64,000 nucleotides of DNA, taken from positions 3,700 to 67,699 of the forward strand of contig JAABRE010000015.1 in NCBI GenBank assembly GCA_011391125.1, written 5' to 3'. A model generated the notes under the pieces. The model was not told the DNA's origin, ran no database searches, and saw only the letters and a list, made by a program, of their open reading frames with translations. This document shows, piece by piece, positions 48,187-57,587 of the stretch. The position numbers and the translations under genes were made by a program. The stretch's first letter is position 1. Every line of letters starts with the position of its first letter. The DNA comes from Synechococcales cyanobacterium S06. Its GTDB lineage: Bacteria > Cyanobacteriota > Cyanobacteriia > Cyanobacteriales > JAABRE01.

Positions 48187-48888
48187 ATGGAAGAAAAATC
48201 CGACCAACAAATATCTGACTTAAAAAATCTACTAAACTGTGTGCCTTTTTTTCAAGGACTTCCTGATCAAAGTTTTTTGAAAGCAACGGGTCATGTTGTA
48301 ACCAGAATTCATCCTCCCAATCAAGTAATTTTGTTGGAAAATGATTGGGGAGGAGCAGTGTATTTTGTCCTAGAAGGATGGGTAAAAATCAGAACTTACA
48401 ACGTCGAAGGCAAAGAAATCACCTTAAATATTTTAGGAAAAGGGGAATTATTTGGCGAAATGGCCGCACTTGAAGATGTCCCCCGTTCCACCGATGTGAT
48501 TACTTTAACCGATACCAAAATTGGCAGTATTCCCGCAGCGGATTTTGTCGATTTAATCCATACAGAACCCATGGCCGGATTAAGTTTAACAAAATTAATG
48601 GCCAAAAGATTGCGTCAAGTAAATCGCAAATTAAGACTAAGGGAAGCTGATGCTATGTCTAGGGTAGCAGATACCCTAATGTTTTTAGCCGAAGGCCAAG
48701 GGAAAAAAGGAACTCAAGGTACAGAAATCCCCAATTTACCCCATCGAGAATTAAGTAGTTTATGTGGTTTGGCCAGGGAAACCGTAACCAGGACCTTAAC
48801 AAAATTAGAAAAGAAAAACGTGATTAAACGGGAACAAGATTATATTTGTATTCCCAATTTATCAGCTTTAGAACATCTCATTGGTTAA
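48187..48888 (+). CDS. Crp/Fnr family transcriptional regulator (not NtcA)
   Basis: A cNMP-binding beta-barrel (GELFGEMA...RSTDV) plus the C-terminal HTH ELSSLCGLARETVTRTLTKL. The ATG at 48187 is preferred over the TTG at 48133. There is no N-terminal Cys cluster of the Fnr type. Confidence 0.85.
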   Translation: MEEKSDQQISDLKNLLNCVPFFQGLPDQSFLKATGHVVTRIHPPNQVILLENDWGGAVYFVLEGWVKIRTYNVEGKEITLNILGKGELFGEMAALEDVPRSTDVITLTDTKIGSIPAADFVDLIHTEPMAGLSLTKLMAKRLRQVNRKLRLREADAMSRVADTLMFLAEGQGKKGTQGTEIPNLPHRELSSLCGLARETVTRTLTKLEKKNVIKREQDYICIPNLSALEHLIG

Positions 48889-48938
48889 TTAATAAGGATT
48901 AATTAGCTTCCCATTTAATCTTAAAGGAGATAAATCTT

Positions 48939-49655
48939 TTGATTGAGGATGACAACAATTGGGTTGATAGTGATCCCGAAATTACAACTTCACCCATTTT
49001 AACCAACGAAAAACCGGCCAACTCCCCACCCATAACCCCAAATCAAACCTTAATCTTAGTGGAAACTGCTTTTTTAGCCAGTGCAGCTAGTTTAATTTGG
49101 TTAATCAACTACTATTTTCCCCTAGGACCATTATTAAGGTTATTATTTCCCCTACCGATCGCCCTAATATATTTAAGATGGGGAAATCGTGCTTCATGGA
49201 TGACTGCTTTAGTATCAGGATTATTAATCACCATTTTAATGGGACCGGCAAGAAGCATCGTTTTTGTTATACCCTATGGAATCATGGGAGTACAACTAGG
49301 AGCATTATGGCACCGAAACGCCAACTGGAACTTATCCCTATTCATGGGAACAATCCTAGGTACATTTGGCTTTTTCTTCCGAATTTGGTTATTTTCCCTG
49401 CTATTAGGCGAAGATTTATGGCAATATGTCATTAATCAAATGACCGTATTCGCCGATTTGTTATTCATTAAACTAGGCATCTTAGCCGAACCAAGTTTCG
49501 GATTAATTTCCCTATTAGCCTTTATTTTAGTCGTAATTAATAGCTTATTTTATATCTTTGCCGTGCATTTAGTCGCTCTCTTAATACTAGATCGATTAGG
49601 AAACCCCATTCCTCGGCCACCAGAATGGTTAAAAATAATACTAGATTACGAATAA
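48939..49655 (+). CDS. DUF2232-like polytopic membrane protein
   Basis: 238 aa. The TTG start has AAGGAG 8 nt upstream. Several TM helices. The family call is from memory. Confidence 0.55.
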   Translation: MIEDDNNWVDSDPEITTSPILTNEKPANSPPITPNQTLILVETAFLASAASLIWLINYYFPLGPLLRLLFPLPIALIYLRWGNRASWMTALVSGLLITILMGPARSIVFVIPYGIMGVQLGALWHRNANWNLSLFMGTILGTFGFFFRIWLFSLLLGEDLWQYVINQMTVFADLLFIKLGILAEPSFGLISLLAFILVVINSLFYIFAVHLVALLILDRLGNPIPRPPEWLKIILDYE

Positions 49656-49772
49656 ATCGGTTTGTAAGGGGACTTTAAACAAGTAACTTAACTATTGCTC
49701 AAACCAGGACTTTGCGTTCTTCTTTGCGTCTTTGCGCCTTTGCGTGAGAAAAAAGCTAAAATTAAATTAACA

Positions 49773-50852
49773 ATGATCAAGATTTATACAGAACCGGAAA
49801 AAGCCTCCCACTGGTTAGCCAAATATCGGGCTAAAAAGCCAGTTTTTGCCTGTATTTTAGGCTTTACCGACACCGGTTTAATCACTGGTATCTCCGCCGC
49901 CGGATCAACCCCAGAAGACCGTAAATATACGGCTATAGCCGATGCAGAATATTTAATCGAGGGACAAAAACCAAACCCCAAATATCCCTTACCACCCTTA
50001 ACCCACGGAGCATCTCCGGTGTTAATTTCTCGTGCGGTGGTAAAATCTTTATCCATACCGGTTTATTTATTTAATGCTGGTCTTCCCCTCCCTCCAGCAG
50101 TACCTTATCTTAATTTAAACGGTAAACCAGCTAATTGTCTTACTTCTGGTCAAGCTTTACCCTTAGACCTAGTCAAACAATTATTTGAACAGGGGTTAAC
50201 TTGGGGAGAAAAATTAGCGCAGGAAACTGACTATTTAGTTATTGGTGAATGTGTTGTCGGTGGCACTACCACAGCTTTAGCCATTTTAACAGGTTTAGGA
50301 ATTAATGCCAAGGATAAGGTTAATAGTAGTCATCCCCAATGTAACCATCAGCAAAAATGGGACATCGTCGAAACTGGTTTAAGAAAGGCGAATTTATATC
50401 CAGTAGTAAGTCAACCTGACCCCTTTGAATTAGTCGCTGCTGTTGGCGATCCCATGCAGGTTGTAGCAGCGGGTATGGCGATTAGTGCTAGTCGTCACTC
50501 CGGGGTAATGTTGGCCGGAGGTACGCAAATGTTAGCTGTTTATAGTTTATTACTGGCGATCGTTAATTATCATAATTTATCAGTTATTTTAGATGAAATT
50601 GTCGTCGGAACTACCCGTTGGGTGGCCGAAGATTCCACCGGTGATACAATTGGTTTAGCTGAGGCGATCGGCAATGTCCCTTTATTCGCCACACAATTGA
50701 ACTTTACCGAGTCACCTTACCCAGTATTGCAAGTATATGAGCAGGGTTTCGTCAAGGAAGGTGTGGGAGCAGGGGGGTTGGCGATCGCCGCTAGTCTCTA
50801 CCAAGGGTGGACAAATGAACAGCTTTTAGCTCAAATTCATCAATTAATCTAA
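49773..50852 (+). CDS. CobT-like nicotinate-mononucleotide phosphoribosyltransferase homologue (UPF0284/TIGR00303-type)
   Basis: Typical blocks are FACILGFTDTGLITGISAAG and GECVVGGTTTA. The start is set at MIKIYTEPE because the upstream extension reads through a CTTTGCG repeat. Confidence 0.7.
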   Translation: MIKIYTEPEKASHWLAKYRAKKPVFACILGFTDTGLITGISAAGSTPEDRKYTAIADAEYLIEGQKPNPKYPLPPLTHGASPVLISRAVVKSLSIPVYLFNAGLPLPPAVPYLNLNGKPANCLTSGQALPLDLVKQLFEQGLTWGEKLAQETDYLVIGECVVGGTTTALAILTGLGINAKDKVNSSHPQCNHQQKWDIVETGLRKANLYPVVSQPDPFELVAAVGDPMQVVAAGMAISASRHSGVMLAGGTQMLAVYSLLLAIVNYHNLSVILDEIVVGTTRWVAEDSTGDTIGLAEAIGNVPLFATQLNFTESPYPVLQVYEQGFVKEGVGAGGLAIAASLYQGWTNEQLLAQIHQLI

Positions 50853-50856
50853 TTAG

Positions 50857-51214
50857 GGTTTACGGAAAAAAGCTGACAGCTATGTAGATCAAGACTTTTA
50901 AGTTGGTGGGACTTGAATTAAGGGCAAGGATTTCAACAAATAATAGTAAAAAACCTGGCGTTGCATGACTCTGAGATGAAATTGTAGGGGCAATCCCTTG
51001 TGGTTGCCCCCGAAACGCTGATAGGGTAGGGACAAGCCCTACCCCTACATTGAAAATAAATATCAAATCATCTTGCATAGGTGCAACGCCAAAAACCTTA
51101 CATTTACGGGGATTAATCAAGATTTTTGCTCGTCAAAAGACCCGGTCAAACTATCAACTATCAACTATCAACTATCAACTCGCCCTCACCAGCCATTTAT
51201 TCAGCAAGCCCTAA
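50857..51214. repeat. about 215-bp dispersed intergenic repeat, copy 2, interrupted by a 134-bp MITE
   Basis: Matches the reverse complement of 2912..3126 on both sides of 50957-51090. It fills the gap between convergent genes. Confidence 0.85.
50957..51090. mobile_element. 134-bp MITE with 9-bp terminal inverted repeats and an 8-bp target-site duplication
   Basis: TIRs are GGCGTTGCA (50957-) and TGCAACGCC (-51090), flanked by AAAAACCT at 50949-50956 and 51091-51098. Two internal hairpins are present: GGGGCAA/TTGCCCC (50987-51010) and GGGTAGGG/CCCTACCC (51024-51044). The paralogous site at 3027-3034 is empty. Confidence 0.85.
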
Positions 51215-51850
51215 TTACCTTTTCCTTTCTTCTAATTTGCGATAAACATCCCGCAAACTCACCTTATGATAAGCTAAGGCCACCAAAGTATGATAGAATA
51301 AATCCGCTACCTCCCCCGCAATCTCCTCTTTTACATCATCTTTGCAGGCCATAACAACTTCGGCGGATTCTTCACCAATTTTCTTTAAAATTTTGTTATC
51401 CCCTCCAGCCAATAACTTACAAGTGTAGGAAGTTTCGTTTGGGTGATCCCGACGATGTTCAATTACTGCAAATAAATCCGATAAGGTGTCGGCAGGAGGG
51501 GCAATTTTTCCCTCTTCTAATTGGTGGAAACAACTTCTTTCACCGGTGTGACAGGCAATATCACCAACTTGTTCAACGGTAACTAAAAGTGCATCACTAT
51601 CACAATCATAACGAATACTGCGCACTTTTTGAATATACCCTGATGTTTCCCCTTTATGCCAGAATTCTTGACGTGACCGACTCCAATACCAAGTTTCCCC
51701 AGTTGCTAAGGTTTTCTCTAGGGATTCTCGATTCATCCAGGCCAGCATTAACACTGTACCATCTAAATGATCTTGGGCGATCGCCGGTACTAAACCCTGT
51801 TCATTATAACGAATTTTATCTAAAGGGATTGCGTTACTAAAATTAGACAT
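51215..51850 (-). CDS. hisIE: bifunctional phosphoribosyl-AMP cyclohydrolase / phosphoribosyl-ATP pyrophosphatase
   Basis: 211 aa. The HisI block is [15 protein letters not shown]...DCD. The HisE half is the C-terminal helical NTP-pyrophosphatase. Confidence 0.9.
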   Translation of the reverse strand: MSNFSNAIPLDKIRYNEQGLVPAIAQDHLDGTVLMLAWMNRESLEKTLATGETWYWSRSRQEFWHKGETSGYIQKVRSIRYDCDSDALLVTVEQVGDIACHTGERSCFHQLEEGKIAPPADTLSDLFAVIEHRRDHPNETSYTCKLLAGGDNKILKKIGEESAEVVMACKDDVKEEIAGEVADLFYHTLVALAYHKVSLRDVYRKLEERKR

Positions 51851-51887
51851 AATTGAATTATTAATTTTTGACAGGATCTATTATCTG

Positions 51888-52280
51888 TTAGTTGCTACTA
51901 TTTTGTTCCTCTGCTTTCAAGACCCAAAAATGGTTTAAACCAGCTAAAGTTTCAAAATGGTAACTCGGTAAAGGTGTTGGGAGGGTTAAATCAGTAACAT
52001 AAATACTAAACAAGAGAAAATTCTTTCGTTGGGTATTTTTCTCAATTAGTCCTTGTAATTCCGGATTCATTTGTTCAATTAATAGTTTACATTGAGTTTG
52101 CAAAAAATTCCCGAAACTTTGAGGTATTTTTTCACAACCTTTTTCTTGAAGTTCTTGGCTAAGTTGAGCCGCGCCATATTTCTGATATTCTTCTTTATTA
52201 GGGTTAGTGATCCCAAAAGCGATCGTCCCAATCGTTACCAGCAAGACACTGACTATTAATGCTAATTGTGAATTTTTCAT
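51888..52280 (-). CDS. DUF4359-like small protein with an N-terminal membrane anchor
   Basis: 130 aa with an N-terminal hydrophobic helix followed by TNPNKEEYQKYGA. The family call is from memory. Confidence 0.45.
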   Translation of the reverse strand: MKNSQLALIVSVLLVTIGTIAFGITNPNKEEYQKYGAAQLSQELQEKGCEKIPQSFGNFLQTQCKLLIEQMNPELQGLIEKNTQRKNFLLFSIYVTDLTLPTPLPSYHFETLAGLNHFWVLKAEEQNSSN

Positions 52281-52326
52281 TTTGCTTTTTTGTCATAAAT
52301 TGACTTAAATTTAGCATAAAAAATAC

Positions 52327-52356
52327 TTGATCATTTTTAGGTGAGTGTGTTATATT
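52327..52356 (+). promoter_or_regulatory. putative promoter of tRNA-His
   Basis: TTGATC (52327-52332), 18 nt, TATATT (52351-52356), lying 12 nt before the tRNA 5' end. Confidence 0.3.
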
Positions 52357-52368
52357 ATAAATTGTCAT

Positions 52369-52442
52369 GGCGAGCGTGGCCAAGTGGTTAAGGCAGAGGT
52401 TTGTGGTACCTCCATGCGTGGGTTCAAGTCCCATCGTTCGCC
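52369..52442 (+). tRNA. tRNA-His (anticodon GUG) with encoded G-1
   Basis: Hand-folded cloverleaf. G-1 pairs with C73. The acceptor is GCGAGCG/CGTTCGC (one G-U). The anticodon stem is GAGGT/ACCTC with loop TTGTGGT. The T arm is GTGGG-TTCAAGT-CCCAT. CCA is not encoded. A T-run follows. Confidence 0.85.
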
Positions 52443-52635
52443 CTTATTTTTTTTCCTAATATTACTGATTGGTAAAATCAGTTTTCTACTCAGATTTTAC
52501 TCAACTGTTGATATTTTGATGCTTTTTGACCCAGCAAAGGGGTTAATTTATTTATTCAAAATATTGCTAATGCTATTAAAATTAGTTGACAATAAGTCTT
52601 ATAATTAGGAATTATTTTTATTTCTATTAATAATT

Positions 52636-55600
52636 ATGTCAATTACTCTTATTAATCAATATCGTCGGGATTTAGAAGCTAAAATTCGTTTTGGTGGTTC
52701 TCGTAACGAAAATTCTGTCAGATTTGCTTTCGGTAATTTGCTAAATTCCTATTGTAAAGCGCGGGATTTTGTCTTGGTTGATGAGTTAACTATTTCTAGT
52801 CGTTTTAATACTCAGATTCGCCTTGATGGCATTGTTAAAGATGCTTTAAGACTGGATTGGGGGTATTGGGAGGCTAAAGATGAAAAAGATAATTTAGATG
52901 AGGAAATTGAGTTAAAAATTAATCAGAAAGGTTATCCCACTGATAATATTTTATTTGAGGATACTAAGACTGCTGTTTTAATCCAAAATGGCCGAGAAAC
53001 CCTACGGATTAAGATGGAAAATGACACCGATTTAGATAAGATTATTAATCTATTTTTAGACTACGAAAGAGGAGAAGTTAAAGATTTTCGACAAGCAATT
53101 TCCTCTTTTAAGGAAGATTTACCCACGATTTTAACTACTCTGAGAAATCTAATTGATCAGCAACTTGTAGAGACGTACCATGGTACGTCTCTACAAACAT
53201 TTAAAGATAAATTTAACGTTTTTTTAAAAGTTTGTCAAGATTCCATCAATCCTAATCTTAATGAAGCTGATATTCGGGAGATGATTATTCAGCATATTTT
53301 AACTGAGGATATTTTTACTAATATCTTTAGTGAGGGACAATTTCACCAAGAAAATAATGTTGCTTGTCAGTTACAAGAACTAATTAAAACCTTTTTTACA
53401 GGTAGTCTTAAACGCCAGACTTTAAAAACTATTGAAAGTTATTATCAAGTAATTATTAGAACCGCTGCTAATATTGTCAATCATCAGGAAAAACAGAAGT
53501 TTTTAAAAGTAGTTTATGAGAATTTCTATCAGGCCTATAATCCTTTGGCGGCCGATCGCCTCGGAATCGTTTATACTCCGAATGAAATCGTTAAATTCAT
53601 GGTGGAAAGTACCGATTATTTATTAACCAAATACTTTCAAAAAACCTTGGGCGATCGGGGAGTTGAAATCTTAGATCCAGCCACGGGTACAGGTACTTTT
53701 ATCACCGAAATTTTAGAGTATTTATTAACCAGAGATATTACCTATAAATATCAGCATGAAATCCACTGTAATGAGGTTTCTATTTTGCCCTATTATATCG
53801 CAAATCTTAATATTGAATACAGTTATCAGCAAAAAACTGGACAATATTTAGAGTTTAATAATATCTGTTTAGTTGATACTTTGGAGCATAGTTCCTTTAG
53901 TGGTAAACAGATGGATATATTCGCCATGAGTCAGGAAAATACGGAGCGAATTAAGCGACAAAATGAACGAAAAATATCAGTCATTATTGGCAATCCTCCC
54001 TATAATGCTAAACAAGAAAACTTTAATCAAAATAATGCAAATCGTGGTTATCAAAGTATAGATAAACGTATCAAAGATACTTATGTAAAAGAAGGAAATG
54101 CACAAAATCAAATAGTATTGTATGATATGTACACTAGGTTTATAAGATGGGCAACAGACAGATTAAATGATAACGGAATTATTGCATTTATTACAAATTC
54201 CTCTTTTATTGATGCACTAACTTTTGATGGTTTTAGAAAGGTTATTTCCTCTGAATTTAGTCAGATTTATGTCATTGATTTAGGAGGTAATATTAGAGCA
54301 GGGGATAAAACAGGAAATGTGTTTAATATTATGGTGGGAGTTGCCATTACTTTCTTAGTGAAAAAATCCGACTCCCCTCACCATCTGGGAGAGGAGTCGG
54401 GAGTGAAGAAAAATTGTCAAATTTACTATCAAAAATTAGCTCAAAATAATAGCAAAGATAAGTTAAATTATTTAGCACAAACTCAATTTAAAGATATTCC
54501 TTTTGAACACCTTACCCCTGATAAAAAGCATAACTGGATTAATCAAGTAGATAATAATTTCGATGAATTACTACCTTTAATTGATAAAAATGTTAAGTCA
54601 GGAAAATCTGAGCAAGCAATTTTTAAGTTATTTTCGAGGGGAATTGGTACTTATCGAGATGATTGGGTTTATGATTTTTCTGAGGAAAATTTAACTAAAA
54701 AAGTAGCGTTTTTTATTGAAACTTATCAAAAAACCTTACAAGATAACGACTTTAAAGACAAAAATAACATAAAATGGGATCGGGAATTAACTAATTATTT
54801 AAAGAGAAGAATTCATAAAGAATTTAATCAAGAGCAGATTATTTCAAGTTTATATCGGCCATTTATTAAACAATATTTGTATTTTGATAAACATCTTAAT
54901 GGGATGACTTATCAATGGTTTGATATTTACAGAAAAAAAGATCAAGATAATAAATATATTGCATTTTTAACATTAGGAAATAGTAAATCTTTTCATTGTT
55001 TAGCAACAAATTTAATGGTTGATTTACACTTAACCGGTGATTCTCAATGTCTTCCCTTATCTAGTTATGATGAAAATGGCGAAAAAATTGATAATATAAC
55101 GGATTGGGGATTAGAACAGTTTAGGGAATATTATCAACCCTCACCCCCCCAACCCCCCTCTCTCTCAGAGAGAGGGGGGAGAAGACTTTCAGATAATTCT
55201 AGCTCCCCTCACCCTGTGGGAGAGGGGTTGGGGGTGAGGGCTAATCCGCCTACAGGAGAAAAGTTGGGGGTGAGGAAAATAACTAAACTAGACATATTCC
55301 ATTATATTTATGCAGTTTTACATAATCCGAAATACAGGGAAAAATACGAGCAGAATTTGAAACGAGATTTCCCAAGAATACCTTTTTATCCTAATTTTAA
55401 TCAGTGGAAAAATTGGGGTGAAAAATTAATGGAATTACATCTAAATTATGAGAGTATTTCACCTTATCCTTTGAAAAATGTAGAGACGTTGCATGCAACG
55501 TCTCTACATTCAATCCCAAAACCCAAATTAAAAGTAGATAAAACCAAGGGTCAAATAATCATTGATGAGATTACCATTTTAGAAAATGTCCCCGAAATTG

Positions 55601-55812
55601 CCTGGGAATATAAATTAGGCAATCGTAGTGCGATTGAGTGGATTTTAGACCAATATAAAGAGAAGAAAATTAAAGATGAAACCATTTCCAAACATTTTAA
55701 TAATTACCGTTTTTCTGATTATAAAGAGGAGGTGATCGACTTATTAATGCGTGTTACTACTGTTAGTGTGGAAACCATGAATATTATTAATCAAATGGAT
55801 AATCTCGACTAA
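52636..55812 (+). CDS. Type IIG-like fused restriction endonuclease / N6-adenine DNA methyltransferase with a C-terminal specificity region; carries in-frame repeat insertions
   Basis: The N-terminal PD-(D/E)XK-like motif is RLDG...WEAKD (D64, E79-x-K81). The SAM motif is LDPATGTGTF and the catalytic motif is IGNPPYN. 1058 aa, uninterrupted. Confidence 0.8.
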   Translation: MSITLINQYRRDLEAKIRFGGSRNENSVRFAFGNLLNSYCKARDFVLVDELTISSRFNTQIRLDGIVKDALRLDWGYWEAKDEKDNLDEEIELKINQKGYPTDNILFEDTKTAVLIQNGRETLRIKMENDTDLDKIINLFLDYERGEVKDFRQAISSFKEDLPTILTTLRNLIDQQLVETYHGTSLQTFKDKFNVFLKVCQDSINPNLNEADIREMIIQHILTEDIFTNIFSEGQFHQENNVACQLQELIKTFFTGSLKRQTLKTIESYYQVIIRTAANIVNHQEKQKFLKVVYENFYQAYNPLAADRLGIVYTPNEIVKFMVESTDYLLTKYFQKTLGDRGVEILDPATGTGTFITEILEYLLTRDITYKYQHEIHCNEVSILPYYIANLNIEYSYQQKTGQYLEFNNICLVDTLEHSSFSGKQMDIFAMSQENTERIKRQNERKISVIIGNPPYNAKQENFNQNNANRGYQSIDKRIKDTYVKEGNAQNQIVLYDMYTRFIRWATDRLNDNGIIAFITNSSFIDALTFDGFRKVISSEFSQIYVIDLGGNIRAGDKTGNVFNIMVGVAITFLVKKSDSPHHLGEESGVKKNCQIYYQKLAQNNSKDKLNYLAQTQFKDIPFEHLTPDKKHNWINQVDNNFDELLPLIDKNVKSGKSEQAIFKLFSRGIGTYRDDWVYDFSEENLTKKVAFFIETYQKTLQDNDFKDKNNIKWDRELTNYLKRRIHKEFNQEQIISSLYRPFIKQYLYFDKHLNGMTYQWFDIYRKKDQDNKYIAFLTLGNSKSFHCLATNLMVDLHLTGDSQCLPLSSYDENGEKIDNITDWGLEQFREYYQPSPPQPPSLSERGGRRLSDNSSSPHPVGEGLGVRANPPTGEKLGVRKITKLDIFHYIYAVLHNPKYREKYEQNLKRDFPRIPFYPNFNQWKNWGEKLMELHLNYESISPYPLKNVETLHATSLHSIPKPKLKVDKTKGQIIIDEITILENVPEIAWEYKLGNRSAIEWILDQYKEKKIKDETISKHFNNYRFSDYKEEVIDLLMRVTTVSVETMNIINQMDNLD

Positions 55813-55834
55813 ATTACCACTAAGAAATATAACC

Positions 55835-56509
55835 TTAAAAATCCAATTGAGCGATCCTTTGTTGTAACATTTGCGGGAATTTTGAGTAATATTTTATGTT
55901 TAATGGTGATGGGTGAGGTAAGGGTAATAATGTTATTAATTTTTCGTGTTTTTCTCCATTTTCGTCTATTGTAGTTAAGTTTATCTCAATTTTAGCCTCG
56001 TATCGATCGCCCCTTTGCCAAAAATTTTGGAGATTTTCCTTGTCATAAATGGTAAACCAAGTAAAGGCTTCTGTACCAAGAGTTATTATTTGATTCCCTT
56101 TCCAATGTAACACTAAAAAACGTTCAATAAAAGGCCGAAAACGTTTTTTTACTTTCTGGGAATAGGCTTTATTTTCTGGCGGTTTATAGGGTACAGTATT
56201 AGTAAGTAAAAGATGAGTACAAATAGTTTCTAAAAGTTTTTTATCAGTGGTATTTTGTCGATGAATAGCATAATAAAAACCTTGACGAACTAATGTACCT
56301 GCGGCTCCGTATAAAGGTTGACGAGCGAATACTTCATCTCGACCTAAATCACGGCCAAAAATACACAATTGACTGTTTAAGTTACCGGTATAAAGAATGG
56401 GTTGAGTCGGGGTGAGGCCAGCTTCGTGGTAAACTGGAATGTCAAGGGGAAAGTCGGCTTGTTCAGCTTCTTGTTTAATTTGCTCAATTAAAGTGATAAT
56501 TTCAGACAT
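55835..56509 (-). CDS. uracil-DNA glycosylase superfamily protein
   Basis: Motif A-like FGRDLGRDE...GAAG and motif B-like LPHPSPLN. 224 aa. Confidence 0.65.
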   Translation of the reverse strand: MSEIITLIEQIKQEAEQADFPLDIPVYHEAGLTPTQPILYTGNLNSQLCIFGRDLGRDEVFARQPLYGAAGTLVRQGFYYAIHRQNTTDKKLLETICTHLLLTNTVPYKPPENKAYSQKVKKRFRPFIERFLVLHWKGNQIITLGTEAFTWFTIYDKENLQNFWQRGDRYEAKIEINLTTIDENGEKHEKLITLLPLPHPSPLNIKYYSKFPQMLQQRIAQLDF

Positions 56510-56532
56510 TTTAACATTTATACCTAAAAAAT

Positions 56533-57021
56533 ATGAAAGAAAATAACCTAAATATTACTCAAGTTATCAAGGTAATTATCCAAGTGTTAATTTTCGGAAT
56601 CAGTAGTAGTTTAGCAGTAATTTTAGGAATTTTACTGGCTAATTTTTCACCGAAGTTGGACATAAATAAGCCTTTTTTAATTAAAGCTTATCAATCCCTA
56701 ATTCGTCAAGATATAGAGGAAATAAAAGAGGAAAAGAGTATTAAAAATAGTTTTTTATTTACGGAGGATGAGACAGAAATCTCAAAATTAGGAGCTGAGG
56801 TTTTAAATGATCTCATTTTGCAAATACAAACTAAACAAATTTCAATTATTAAAATAATAAGTTATACACAAAAAACCGAATCTTCCTCTTTAAAATTAGC
56901 TAATTTAGTTAAACAATATTTAGAAAAAAGTTTAACTAAAAACTATCATTGGGTAATTATTGGTTACAGTTTACCAGAAGATGACCAACTTAATTCTCGG
57001 GTCGAAATTAGGTTAGATTAA
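56533..57021 (+). CDS. hypothetical membrane-anchored protein
   Basis: 162-aa ORF with one N-terminal TM helix. No recognised domain. Confidence 0.4.
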   Translation: MKENNLNITQVIKVIIQVLIFGISSSLAVILGILLANFSPKLDINKPFLIKAYQSLIRQDIEEIKEEKSIKNSFLFTEDETEISKLGAEVLNDLILQIQTKQISIIKIISYTQKTESSSLKLANLVKQYLEKSLTKNYHWVIIGYSLPEDDQLNSRVEIRLD

Positions 57022-57511
57022 GGAAAAAAAGACCACCAAAAATAATTATAATTACTACAAAACCCACCAAAACAAAGTGATTATCTTTGCTATTAACCTG
57101 ACTTAAATCTATATCTTCTAAGGGTTTTTTAATCGGTGTCACCGATATTTTTTTCGCTGGAATTTTCGTCTCACTTTCCGATACTTTAGAAAGGTCCGGA
57201 ATTTCCGTTAACCATTCTTTAGGACGTTCTAAACGAGGAGCTTTCATAATATATAATAGGTCTCCTGCTTGTTTTTTTACCTTAAAAGAAGGATGCCTAA
57301 TTAACTCTTGACAAAGGGCGATCGCCTCCTCTATCATTCCATTAGCCTGATAAGCTGACACTAACCAAATTTGCGCTTCACCTCCCTTTTTAGAGAGGGG
57401 AGAAACGAGATCAATTGCATTTTTTAAATGTGCAATACTTAGTTGATATTGACCTCTTTCAATGGCTAATTTTCCTAAATTAAATTCCTGATCAAATTTT
57501 TCTAAATTCAT
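57008..57511 (-). CDS. TPR-like repeat protein with a C-terminal TM anchor
   Basis: Two or three TPR-like helical pairs and a C-terminal hydrophobic helix. Its 3' end overlaps the convergent ORF by 14 nt. Confidence 0.5.
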   Translation of the reverse strand: MNLEKFDQEFNLGKLAIERGQYQLSIAHLKNAIDLVSPLSKKGGEAQIWLVSAYQANGMIEEAIALCQELIRHPSFKVKKQAGDLLYIMKAPRLERPKEWLTEIPDLSKVSESETKIPAKKISVTPIKKPLEDIDLSQVNSKDNHFVLVGFVVIIIIFGGLFFLNLT

Positions 57512-57587
57512 ATTAATTGTGATTATTTATTTAGAATAAGTAAAAAGTCCGCAATTACTTACTTATTACTTATTACTTATTACTTCC

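Noticed and set aside
52204-52608. ORFs 52204-52434 (minus) and 52345-52608 (plus)
   Set aside because: Both run through the tRNA-His gene and its flanks. They are artefacts of the ORF caller.
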